DNA of 62,854 bases, taken from Oscillospiraceae bacterium. Lineage in GTDB: Bacteria > Bacillota > Clostridia > Oscillospirales > CAG-272. The notes under the pieces were generated by a model, which was given only the letters and a program-made list of their open reading frames with translations, did no database searches and was not told the origin of the DNA. The stretch lies in the NCBI GenBank assembly GCA_015064545.1, contig SVSA01000001.1, positions 1 to 62,854 on the forward strand. The letters are read 5' to 3'. A program made the position numbers and the translations under genes. Positions 35,145 through 43,497 of this stretch are shown piece by piece. Position 1 is the stretch's first letter, and each line of letters begins with the position of its first letter.

Positions 35145-35618
35145 ATGTCTATCGAAAAAGCAAAAGCGTATCTGGCGGCCTATGGTATGGCCGATAAGGT
35201 CATCGAATTTGAACAGTCCTCGGCAACGGTTGAGCTGGCGGCACAGGCCCTCGGCTGTGAGCCTTCGCATATTGCCAAATCCATTCTGCTGCAACAGCCG
35301 GAGGGGGTTGTCATGATTCTCGCCGCCGGCGATGGGCGGATCGATAACCGAAAATTTAAGGACCATTTTGGCGTCAAGCCCAAAATGATGCCCTTTGATC
35401 TCGTGGAAGAAGCAGTCGGCCATGCGCCCGGCGGTGTTTGTCCGTTCGGAATTCATGACGGTGTTGCCGTTTATCTTGATGAATCCCTCCGCCGTTTTGA
35501 TGTTGTATATCCGGCGGCAGGAAGCGGAAACAGCGCGATTCCGATGACAACGGAGGAGCTCGAGCGTGTTTCGCAGGCCATTGGCTGGGTGGATGTTTGT
35601 AAGTCGGTGACTGTATGA
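35145..35618 (+). CDS. ybaK: YbaK/EbsC-type aminoacyl-tRNA editing (deacylase) domain protein
   Basis: HIAKSILLQ and GHAPGGVCPFG. The start at MSIEKAKAYL is chosen. The ORF-track start at 35070 is possible. Confidence 0.75.
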   Translation: MSIEKAKAYLAAYGMADKVIEFEQSSATVELAAQALGCEPSHIAKSILLQQPEGVVMILAAGDGRIDNRKFKDHFGVKPKMMPFDLVEEAVGHAPGGVCPFGIHDGVAVYLDESLRRFDVVYPAAGSGNSAIPMTTEELERVSQAIGWVDVCKSVTV

Positions 35619-36457
35619 ATCGCCCCGAAACGACAGCATTACTCATGGGATTGGCGCTGGCATCGGCCGGTGTTGCGCTCAGCGCGGTGTCTGAGCGCAT
35701 AACGGTTCGCCCCTATGTTTTCTGTGACAGACGAATCCGAAACCCTATCCGTCTTCTTCATGTGTCGGATCTTCACGCCTCTGTTTACGGCCGTAATCAG
35801 CAAGAGCTGGTGAGCTTGACCGATGCCTTGAAGCCGGACGCCATGGTATTGACCGGTGATATTTGTGATAACCGTGTTTCCAATCGTCCGGCGTATGCCT
35901 ATCTCTCTCAAGTGGCCGGTCGATACCCCTGTTTTTATGTCAGCGGTAATCATGAGGTTTATACCGGACAGCTTCCGACAATCAAACGTCGGCTGACTTC
36001 CTACGGTGTTCGTGTATTGGAGGGGAGCGGAGAAGCCGTGTTGCTGAACGATACCGAGCTCTTGCTTTGCGGTATCGACGATCCGTATGCCTTTCCCGAT
36101 CACAAGGGGCGGCTTTGGGAGGATCAGCTCGCCGATGTTCATGCGATGATTGGCAAAAGCTATTCAATTTTGCTGACACACCGTCCCGAACGGGTGACCG
36201 ATTATGCCGAAACCTCCTTTGATCTTGTGTTATCGGGTCATGCTCACGGCGGTCAGGTCATTCTTCCCGGCCTTGTTAACGGGCTCTATGCCCCGCATCA
36301 GGGCTTCTTTCCCAAGGTTGCCGGAGGGCGCTTTCGGCTATCTGCAACGCAAACCATGATTGTCAGCCGTGGGCTCTCGACCTATGTGCGCCCCCGTGTC
36401 TGGAATCGTCCCGAATTGGGGCTGATTACCCTTCTTCCGGGAGGGGACCGTATATGA
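35615..36457 (+). CDS. Membrane-anchored calcineurin-like metallophosphoesterase
   Basis: N-terminal TM helix, then LLHVSDLHA, LTGDICD, SGNHE, LTHRP, SGHAHGGQ. ATGA overlap with ybaK. Confidence 0.85.
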   Translation: MNRPETTALLMGLALASAGVALSAVSERITVRPYVFCDRRIRNPIRLLHVSDLHASVYGRNQQELVSLTDALKPDAMVLTGDICDNRVSNRPAYAYLSQVAGRYPCFYVSGNHEVYTGQLPTIKRRLTSYGVRVLEGSGEAVLLNDTELLLCGIDDPYAFPDHKGRLWEDQLADVHAMIGKSYSILLTHRPERVTDYAETSFDLVLSGHAHGGQVILPGLVNGLYAPHQGFFPKVAGGRFRLSATQTMIVSRGLSTYVRPRVWNRPELGLITLLPGGDRI

Positions 36458-36957
36458 AACGATGGCTATTTTTTCTCTTGGCTTCACTTCTTCTTTTTGC
36501 TTCCTGTCAACGTGTACCCGATTACTTGTTTGTTGTGTCTGAGGAAGAGAACAGCCGGCAGGAGGAGGCTGCGGAAACCGAGGTTGAAGTGACCGTTACA
36601 GAAACGAATACGTTTGAGACAGATCCGCCCGTTTCGATTACCGATCCGGAGGAAACCGAAACGCCCTCCGAAACACAGCCGAACGGTATCACGCTGCTTT
36701 CCCTGACCGAAACCGTTAAGCGAGGCAATCAAGCAACCGTAACCGTGAAGGGCACACCGGGAATGACCTATACCATTACGGTTCATTACGCCACAACCAT
36801 TAGTCAGGCGAGCGGCCTCGAACCGAAGATGGCGGGCGAGGACGGCACGGTCAGCTGGACCTGGCGTGTCGGATCGCGTACCAAAGAGGGAACTCATAAA
36901 ATTGAAATTGCGGGCGGCGACTATACGCTGACTCTGACCTTTACTACAACTGCCTGA
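36454..36957 (+). CDS. Hypothetical secreted lipoprotein with an acidic Thr/Glu-rich linker
   Basis: Signal peptide/lipobox MKRWLFFLLASLLLFASCQ, a low-complexity E/T linker, and a ~90-aa beta-rich C-terminal domain. Confidence 0.6.
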   Translation: MKRWLFFLLASLLLFASCQRVPDYLFVVSEEENSRQEEAAETEVEVTVTETNTFETDPPVSITDPEETETPSETQPNGITLLSLTETVKRGNQATVTVKGTPGMTYTITVHYATTISQASGLEPKMAGEDGTVSWTWRVGSRTKEGTHKIEIAGGDYTLTLTFTTTA

Positions 36958-36962
36958 ATCCC

Positions 36963-36992
36963 GTCATATTTCTTTTTTCTTCTGCATATGCT
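36963..36992 (+). promoter_or_regulatory. Sigma-E-type sporulation promoter upstream of spoIIID
   Basis: GTCATATT-N14-CATATGCT, compared with the B. subtilis sigma-E consensus (approximately kcATATT-N13-15-CATACAnT). It lies 50 nt before the ATG at 37043. Confidence 0.55.
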
Positions 36993-37042
36993 GTAGCAAA
37001 TACCGTGCCACGCGGACGCGGTTGCAGGAGGGAAAGACACCT

Positions 37043-37336
37043 ATGAGATCCGAGGATGCTTACGGCAGGGAGCGATGCGAGCTTTTGGCGATGTATATGA
37101 TCGAAACGGGCGACACGGTGCGTGCCGCGGCCGCCAGATTCGGAATCAGTAAATCCACAGTACATAAAGATATTACCGAAAAGCTTGCACGAAAAAATCC
37201 TGCTATGTATAAGGATGTCAAATCGGTTTTGGATCGTAATAAATCGGAACGCCATCTGCGCGGCGGCGAAGCAACCAAGCAAAAGTATCAGCAGCTTCGC
37301 GATATGGCCAATGTCCCGCCCATGCGTTCCTCATAA
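37043..37336 (+). CDS. spoIIID: Stage III sporulation transcriptional regulator SpoIIID
   Basis: 97 aa. MYMIETGDTVRAAAARFGISKSTVHKDITEKL and NKSERHLRGGEATKQKY match the SpoIIID HTH and basic tail. The ATG at 37043 is preferred to the TTG at 37022. Confidence 0.9.
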   Translation: MRSEDAYGRERCELLAMYMIETGDTVRAAAARFGISKSTVHKDITEKLARKNPAMYKDVKSVLDRNKSERHLRGGEATKQKYQQLRDMANVPPMRSS

Positions 37337-37412
37337 ATCCAATCGGAAGGTTTTTCGCTACGGCGGGAGACCTTTTGCTTTTGCCAAAGCAAAGCACGGT
37401 TTCCCAAAGATG

Positions 37413-37441
37413 TTGATTTGTTCATGAAATTGCGTTATAAT
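37413..37441 (+). promoter_or_regulatory. Sigma-A-type promoter of dxs
   Basis: TTGATT-N17-TATAAT, 42 nt upstream of the ATG at 37483. Confidence 0.6.
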
Positions 37442-37482
37442 AAGAGAAAACAGTAGGCGAATTCGTAACGAAAGGAGCTCTT

Positions 37483-39408
37483 ATGGGCGATTACCGTCTT
37501 CTTGATGCCATTCGGAACCCTGCTGATCTGAAGAAAATGGATGCCGAAGCGCTTCCCACACTCTGTCAGGAAATCCGGGGCTATCTCTGTGATACCGTTT
37601 TGCAGACCGGCGGTCACCTGGCTTCCAATCTCGGCGTGGTGGAGCTTACGGTTGCCCTTCACCGCGTCTTTAATTTTCCGAAGGATCATCTCATCTTTGA
37701 TGTAGGGCATCAATGCTATACACACAAGCTGTTGACCGGCCGTAAGGATCGCTTTGCCACTCTGCGGCAGCGGGGCGGACTGTCCGGCTTTACCAAGCGG
37801 GCCGAAAGCGAATACGATTGCTTCGGCGCCGGCCATAGCAGTACGTCGGTGTCGGCTGCGATCGGCTTTGCCGAGGCCGAGCGTTTGAAGGGATCGGATG
37901 CCTATACCGTTGCCGTGCTTGGCGACGGTGCCTTTACCGGCGGCATGATTCACGAAGCGCTGAATAACTGCCGGAAGGACTTAAGGCTGATCCTTGTACT
38001 GAACGAAAACGAGATGTCGATCTCCAAAAATACCGGAGCCTTTGCCGGCATGATCGCAAAGGTTCGTGCTTCCAAGGGCTACTATCGCACCAAGCGCCGC
38101 ACCGTTAAGGTGATTCGAAAAATCCCGCTGCTTGGTGAACCCCTATTTCGCTTGATTCGTCACATGAAGCAAAGCATCAAGGACAAGCTGTATAAGAGCA
38201 ATTATTTTGAGGATCTCGGGTTATATTATCTCGGTCCTGCCGACGGTAATGATTTAGAAAAGACCGAACGGTTGCTACGTGAGGCGATTCAGTCCGGGCA
38301 GAGCACGGTCGTGCATCTTCGTACCGTAAAGGGCAAGGGGTATGCACCGGCTGAGCAGGATCCGGGTGCCTATCATGGGATAGCACCGGCAGGCACAGAG
38401 AAAAAGCGCAACTTTTCGGCCGAAGCCGGTGAAATTCTGACCGAGCTTGCCGAGCGAGATCCCCGTGTTTGTGCGGTTACGGCGGCAATGGCGGCAGGGA
38501 CCGGTCTTTCGGTGTTTGCCGAGGCCATTCCGTCTCGCTTTTTCGATGTTGGCATTGCGGAGGAGCACGCACTGACCTTCTCGGCAGGCTTGGCGGCTGA
38601 CGGCTACAAGCCGTATTTTGCCGTCTATTCCTCGTTCCTACAGCGTGGCTATGACAATTTAATTCACGATATTGCCCTGCAGCGCTTGCCGGTGACGGTG
38701 CTGGTTGATCGCGCGGGTATCAGCGGCGGGGACGGCCCGACGCATCACGGGATTTTCGATGTGGCTTTTCTGTCGCAAATTCCCGGTATGACGATCGAAA
38801 CACCATCTACCTTCTCCTCGTTGCGCCGTGCGCTGGAGGATTCGCTTTCGGCCGGGCATCCGGTTGCCATCCGATATCCCAATGCTCCCGATTCGCCGCT
38901 TTGTGAAGAACGTTTTTGCTACGGAAGCCGAACTGTTCGCGCCGATTTTTCCCCATCCGAGACGCCTCGAGCGGTGATTTTGACCTATGGACGTATTGTT
39001 ACCGAGGCCATAGCCGCGGCCGATTCTTGCCGCCGTGAAGGCGATACGGTCGGTATTCTGTTGTTAGAGCGCTTAAAGCCGTATGCACTCACTGCCGAAG
39101 GCATCGCCGCGCTGATACCGCCCTCGGTGAAAACGGTGGTGTTTTTGGAGGAAGGCATCAAAAACGGCGGAGCCGGCATGATTCTGCGAGAATATCTTGC
39201 GCTTCCGCAGGGTTGTACCTACGAACATCTGGCCATCGATGATGTGTTTGACACCCCGAAGGCGAGCGGAAATTTGTATGCCGATTTCGGAATCGGACGC
39301 GAGGATCTGCTAAGTGCTTTGCATTTTTCCGCACCTGCCATCGATCTTCACGATACCTTACACAAAACAAAAACAGCCGTGCCTTGTGGCGGCACGGCAG
39401 AAGAATAA
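37483..39408 (+). CDS. dxs: 1-deoxy-D-xylulose-5-phosphate synthase
   Basis: 641 aa. FDVGHQCYTHKLLTGR, GHSSTSVSAAIG, and ThDP motif LGDGAFTGGMIHEALN. Confidence 0.95.
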   Translation: MGDYRLLDAIRNPADLKKMDAEALPTLCQEIRGYLCDTVLQTGGHLASNLGVVELTVALHRVFNFPKDHLIFDVGHQCYTHKLLTGRKDRFATLRQRGGLSGFTKRAESEYDCFGAGHSSTSVSAAIGFAEAERLKGSDAYTVAVLGDGAFTGGMIHEALNNCRKDLRLILVLNENEMSISKNTGAFAGMIAKVRASKGYYRTKRRTVKVIRKIPLLGEPLFRLIRHMKQSIKDKLYKSNYFEDLGLYYLGPADGNDLEKTERLLREAIQSGQSTVVHLRTVKGKGYAPAEQDPGAYHGIAPAGTEKKRNFSAEAGEILTELAERDPRVCAVTAAMAAGTGLSVFAEAIPSRFFDVGIAEEHALTFSAGLAADGYKPYFAVYSSFLQRGYDNLIHDIALQRLPVTVLVDRAGISGGDGPTHHGIFDVAFLSQIPGMTIETPSTFSSLRRALEDSLSAGHPVAIRYPNAPDSPLCEERFCYGSRTVRADFSPSETPRAVILTYGRIVTEAIAAADSCRREGDTVGILLLERLKPYALTAEGIAALIPPSVKTVVFLEEGIKNGGAGMILREYLALPQGCTYEHLAIDDVFDTPKASGNLYADFGIGREDLLSALHFSAPAIDLHDTLHKTKTAVPCGGTAEE

Positions 39409-39431
39409 CTGGATTGTAAAAGGAGAAACCG

Positions 39432-39992
39432 ATGAGAAAAGATTTTGGAGCAAAACCAATTCTCTATCCACAGCCGGTCTTTATTCTGGCTACCTACGAT
39501 GAGGCAGGAATTCCCAACGCGATGAATGCTGCTTGGGGAGGATTGAGTGAGGAAACGGAAATCACCCTCTGTATCAGCGCTGAGCACAAAACGGCCGCCA
39601 ATCTTTTAGCGCGCCGCGCTTTTACGGTCAGTATGGCCGATGCCGCTCATGTCAGCGCTTGCGATTATGTCGGCATCGTTTCGGGAAACGAGGTGCCCGA
39701 TAAGCTGATGCGTGCCGGCTTCCATACCAGTCCGAGCGCCCATGTGGATGCTCCTTTGATTGAGGAATTGCCGATGGCACTCGAATGCAAGGTGATCTCC
39801 TACGACCCCGATACCTGCCGTCTTGTCGGGGAAATCGTGAATGTTACAGCCGATACGTGTGTTCTTGATGCCGATGGGAAGATTGATCCTGCCAAGCTCC
39901 GACCGATTACCTTCGATCCGGTTCATCATACCTATCGTGTACTCGGAGAGGTCGTCGGACAGGCATTCTGCGACGGTCTGCGGTTGAAATAA
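39432..39992 (+). CDS. Flavin reductase-like (flavoredoxin) domain protein
   Basis: 186 aa split-barrel FMN-binding pattern (PVFILATYDEAGIPNAMNAAWGG). Confidence 0.75.
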   Translation: MRKDFGAKPILYPQPVFILATYDEAGIPNAMNAAWGGLSEETEITLCISAEHKTAANLLARRAFTVSMADAAHVSACDYVGIVSGNEVPDKLMRAGFHTSPSAHVDAPLIEELPMALECKVISYDPDTCRLVGEIVNVTADTCVLDADGKIDPAKLRPITFDPVHHTYRVLGEVVGQAFCDGLRLK

Positions 39993-39995
39993 GGG

Positions 39996-40448
39996 ATGAT
40001 GTTCGATTATTCCGCCCTGTATCAACGTGCTTCTGCCCTGATTTCCGGTGTGCCGCACCGGATTGCGAATCTGGCCAATACCGCGGCGTTACTTGGCATG
40101 ACATTGCCACAGATCAATTGGGCAGGCTTTTATTTGCTTGAGCATGAGATTTTGGTGCTTGGCCCATTTTGGGGCAAGCCGGCTTGCATAGAAATTCCGA
40201 TCGGATGTGGTGTTTGCGGCACAGCGGTTGCTGAAAACCGAACACAGCTGGTTCCGGATGTGCACCTCTTTCCCGGGCATATTGCGTGCGATGCGGACTC
40301 GCGCTCTGAACTTGTGATTCCCCTTCGCGTGGCGGGGCAGATTGTCGGTGTTCTGGATTTGGATAGTCCGATCGCTTCCCGTTTTACCGAGGATGACCGC
40401 ATCGGTCTTGAGGCGATCGCCTCTCTCTTGGAAACGCAATGGCAGTAA
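39996..40448 (+). CDS. msrC: GAF-domain free methionine-(R)-sulfoxide reductase-like protein
   Basis: 150 aa. WAGFYL, GCGVCGTAV, FPGHIACDADSRSELVIPL. Confidence 0.75.
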   Translation: MMFDYSALYQRASALISGVPHRIANLANTAALLGMTLPQINWAGFYLLEHEILVLGPFWGKPACIEIPIGCGVCGTAVAENRTQLVPDVHLFPGHIACDADSRSELVIPLRVAGQIVGVLDLDSPIASRFTEDDRIGLEAIASLLETQWQ

Positions 40449-40467
40449 GGAAAACACAGAATCAAAA

Positions 40468-40496
40468 AGATCATTCGTCAAGGAATGATCTTTTTT
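40468..40496. terminator. Bidirectional terminator between msrC and mntP
   Basis: Stem agatcattc / gaatgatct flanked by aaaaa and tttttt. Confidence 0.7.
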
Positions 40497-40499
40497 GTG

Positions 40500-41066
40500 T
40501 TATCCGAGAATGCCAAGCCCTTCGAGCAATATTTTGACACCCATCAAAATCAAGACGCTGCCGCCAACGATGGTGGCTATCTTACGGAAGCGTAAGCCGA
40601 TGATATGGCCAAGGCCCACACCGAAGGCAGACAAGACAAAGGTTGTCAGTCCGATCAGTGTAACAGAGGGCAGAATGGCCGTGTCGAGCAGGGCAAAGGA
40701 AACACCGACGGCGAGCGCATCGATGCTGGTGGCTACTGCCAAGGGGAGCATGGCCTTAAAGGAAAGGGAACAGCAGCCGCAGTCCTCCTCGTCCTCCTTG
40801 ATGGCCTCACGAATCATGTTGATACCGATCAGAAGCAAAAGTGCAAAGGCAATATAAGGAGCAAATTCGGCGGTCTTAGCCGCAAAGGTGCTGGCAATCA
40901 GATACCCGATCAGCGGCATCAATGCCTGAAAGACTCCAAAATAGAGACCAACGGTGATGCAATGCCGCAGGGTTGTTTTCTTGAGGGAAAGACCTTTGCA
41001 GACAGCAACGGCAAAGGCATCCATCGAAAGCGAAACCGCTATCAGAAACAGCTCCCAAAGACTCAT
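40500..41066 (-). CDS. mntP: Manganese efflux pump MntP
   Basis: Start at MSLWELFLIAVSLSMDAFAVAV (41066). There are two DUF204-type repeats (SMDAFAV, SIDALAV). The ORF-track start at 41249 runs into the upstream gene. Confidence 0.85.
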   Translation of the reverse strand: MSLWELFLIAVSLSMDAFAVAVCKGLSLKKTTLRHCITVGLYFGVFQALMPLIGYLIASTFAAKTAEFAPYIAFALLLLIGINMIREAIKEDEEDCGCCSLSFKAMLPLAVATSIDALAVGVSFALLDTAILPSVTLIGLTTFVLSAFGVGLGHIIGLRFRKIATIVGGSVLILMGVKILLEGLGILG

Positions 41067-41163
41067 AAGAATAACCTTTCGTTTCGGTATAATCGGATAA
41101 TAGGAGAGCCCGCTCGCAAAGCGAGCAGTATATCGAGCAGGATATTTTTCGGAAAACGAAGCA

Positions 41164-41856
41164 TCAGTTCGTTTCTTCTTCCACCATATCCAAAATCGTT
41201 TTCTTTCCGTAAACGCTTTCCCAGTCGGCACTGAAGTCGTCGATGGCATACATGGTCAGCGGATGGTAAAGCAGGGCATCCAGAATCTCGGGATTGACCG
41301 TGACAGCGTGTCCGCCGACCATGCTGATCTTGTGCACCTGCTCTGCCGTTTTGAAGGAGGCAGCAAGCACCTTGGTGGAAAGTTGATACTGACGGAACAT
41401 CGTAACGATCTCGGAGACAACATTGACACCGTCACTGATGATGTTATCGAGACGATTGACATAAGGGGCCACAAAATCCGCACCGGCCATAGCGGCCATG
41501 AGTGCCTGCTGTTGGGTAAAGATCGCGGTTTCAGTAATGTGGAAGCCCTCTTTGTGGAGCGCCATGGTTGCCTTCAGTCCCTCCTCACCGATGGGAATCT
41601 TGACATACAGATTGTCCCCGACGATGTTGCGAAGGGCATGGGCCTCGCGCACCATTTTGTCAGCAGTCTGGCCGGTGACCTGGATATGAAACATTCGCTC
41701 GGGACCGATAATGGCCTTTATCTCGGTAATGAGCGAAAGAAAGTCGGTGCGCTCCTTTGAGATGATGGTAGGATTGGTTGTGATGCCGGCAACCGGGAAG
41801 AATTCGATGCAATGCCGGATTTTTTCGATGTTGGCAGTATCCACAATGTATAGCAT
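41164..41856 (-). CDS. fsa: Fructose-6-phosphate aldolase / transaldolase (TalC/Fsa family)
   Basis: 230 aa. MLYIVDTANIEKI, GITTNPTI, LYVKIP. AAGGAG RBS. Confidence 0.88.
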   Translation of the reverse strand: MLYIVDTANIEKIRHCIEFFPVAGITTNPTIISKERTDFLSLITEIKAIIGPERMFHIQVTGQTADKMVREAHALRNIVGDNLYVKIPIGEEGLKATMALHKEGFHITETAIFTQQQALMAAMAGADFVAPYVNRLDNIISDGVNVVSEIVTMFRQYQLSTKVLAASFKTAEQVHKISMVGGHAVTVNPEILDALLYHPLTMYAIDDFSADWESVYGKKTILDMVEEETN

Positions 41857-41895
41857 ATCGGAAGCTCCTTAGCAAAAGGTTTTTAATAATAAAAA

Positions 41896-41924
41896 ATTAT
41901 AGCACATTTTTTTCTTTTTGTCAA
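41896..41924 (-). promoter_or_regulatory. Consensus sigma-A promoter for fsa (minus strand)
   Basis: The reverse complement reads TTGACA-N17-TATAAT, with -35 at 41924-41919 and -10 at 41901-41896. Confidence 0.6.
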
Positions 41925-41936
41925 TGCAGTGATGGA

Positions 41937-41965
41937 TTGACAGAACCCGTTTTTTGCGATATAAT
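41937..41965 (+). promoter_or_regulatory. Consensus sigma-A promoter for miaB-mutS-mutL
   Basis: TTGACA (41937-41942), 17-nt spacer, TATAAT (41960-41965). Confidence 0.65.
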
Positions 41966-42018
41966 AGATTGAATAACTATGTCGAATCTCGCAAAATGCA
42001 TGGGAAGGAACCCGAATC

Positions 42019-43440
42019 ATGATCTATCGTACCCAAGCGAATCTGAACGATGTCAGCTGTGATACCGTCCGCCGTTTTACCGCCGCCTTTGCCGAGGCCA
42101 AAGGACACCGCCCCGGTGTCTATGTGCGTACCTTTGGCTGTCAGCAAAATGAGGCCGACAGCGAGCGCTATGTCGGTATGGCAGAGGCACTTGGCTATGA
42201 GTGGGTTCCCGAGCCGGAGCAGGCGGATTTAATTCTATATAATACCTGTGCTGTGCGGGAGCACGCCGAGCTGAAGGCGCTTTCGCTCACCGGTCAGCTA
42301 AAGCATCTTAAGGCGCAAAATCCGAATCGGATTCTTGCCATCTGCGGTTGCATGGTCGCGCAGGAGCATCGTCTGAACGACATCAAGAACCGCTATCCGT
42401 ATGTTGATTTTCTCTTTGGCACCGGTTCCCCCGAAAAGTTTCCCGCATATCTTGCTCGTGCCCTGACCAAGAAGGGAAGGGGCTTTTACCCGGATCTGTC
42501 CTACGGCATTACCGAGGGGCTTCCGATACGCCGCGAAAGCCGCTTTAAAGCATGGGTCAGTATTATGTACGGTTGTAATAATTTTTGCACCTACTGTGTG
42601 GTTCCCTATGTCCGCGGACGTGAGCGCAGCCGCGAGCGTGAAGCGATTCTCGACGAGATTCGGGCGCTGGTTGCCGATGGTTGCCGCGAGATTACGCTGC
42701 TCGGACAGAATGTCAATTCTTACGGTAAGGGCTTATATGAGGATTACGGCTTTGCCGAGCTGCTCTTGGATATCTGTCGGATTGAGGGTGATTATTGGAT
42801 CCGCTTCATGACCAGCCACCCCAAGGATGCCTCACACAAATTGATTGATGTGATTGCCGCACACAGCGGCGATGATTGCCGTCCCAAGATTGTCAAGCAG
42901 TTCCATCTTCCGCTTCAATCGGGCTCTGACCGCATTTTAAAGACCATGAATCGCCATTATGACAGTGCTTCGTATCTTTCGCTGATCGAATATATGAAAA
43001 AGGCGATTCCCGATATCGCGCTGTCAACCGACATTATTGTTGGCTTTCCGACCGAAACCGAAGCGGAGTTTGAGGATACGCTCCGCATGCTGGAGACGGT
43101 GCGCTACGATGCTTTCTTTTCCTTTATCTATTCCATTCGCCGCGGCACACCGGCAGAAAGCATGGAGCAGGTGCCCGAGGACATAAAGCGAGCACGCTTT
43201 GCCCGTTTGCTTGAAACGCAGAACCGTATCTCACGCGAAAAGAACGAGGATTACCTCGGAAAAACCGAGCGCGTTCTGGTTGAGGGACGGAGTAAAACCG
43301 ATCCGAATATGCTGACCGGCCGCAATGAAAAAAATCGATTGGTTCACTTTGTCGGAGAGGATGCGCTGATCGGTTGCTTTGCCTCGGTTCGAATTCTTGC
43401 CGCCGACACCTATTGCCTGACCGGAGAGCTTGTTCGGTAA
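42019..43440 (+). CDS. miaB: tRNA-2-methylthio-N6-dimethylallyladenosine synthase
   Basis: UPF0004 N-domain (TFGCQQNEADSE), radical-SAM CNNFCTYCVVPYVRGRERS, and a C-terminal TRAM domain. Confidence 0.93.
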   Translation: MIYRTQANLNDVSCDTVRRFTAAFAEAKGHRPGVYVRTFGCQQNEADSERYVGMAEALGYEWVPEPEQADLILYNTCAVREHAELKALSLTGQLKHLKAQNPNRILAICGCMVAQEHRLNDIKNRYPYVDFLFGTGSPEKFPAYLARALTKKGRGFYPDLSYGITEGLPIRRESRFKAWVSIMYGCNNFCTYCVVPYVRGRERSREREAILDEIRALVADGCREITLLGQNVNSYGKGLYEDYGFAELLLDICRIEGDYWIRFMTSHPKDASHKLIDVIAAHSGDDCRPKIVKQFHLPLQSGSDRILKTMNRHYDSASYLSLIEYMKKAIPDIALSTDIIVGFPTETEAEFEDTLRMLETVRYDAFFSFIYSIRRGTPAESMEQVPEDIKRARFARLLETQNRISREKNEDYLGKTERVLVEGRSKTDPNMLTGRNEKNRLVHFVGEDALIGCFASVRILAADTYCLTGELVR

Positions 43441-43497
43441 GAGGGTTCGCCGATCGATCGGCCCAACTAAGATTATGTTCAAAAAGGAGTCACCGCT

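Noticed and set aside
41067-41163. Looked for a yybP-ykoY manganese riboswitch in the mntP leader
   Set aside because: The 97-nt spacer is too short. It contains only a small hairpin (gctcgc/gcgagc) and none of the conserved yybP-ykoY sequence blocks I recall. mntP is more likely read through from fsa or driven by a short leader.
40605-41234. 209-aa plus-strand ORF overlapping mntP
   Set aside because: It lies opposite a clear MntP membrane protein. Its translation is hydrophilic, low-complexity and Lys/Gly/Gln-rich, with no RBS.
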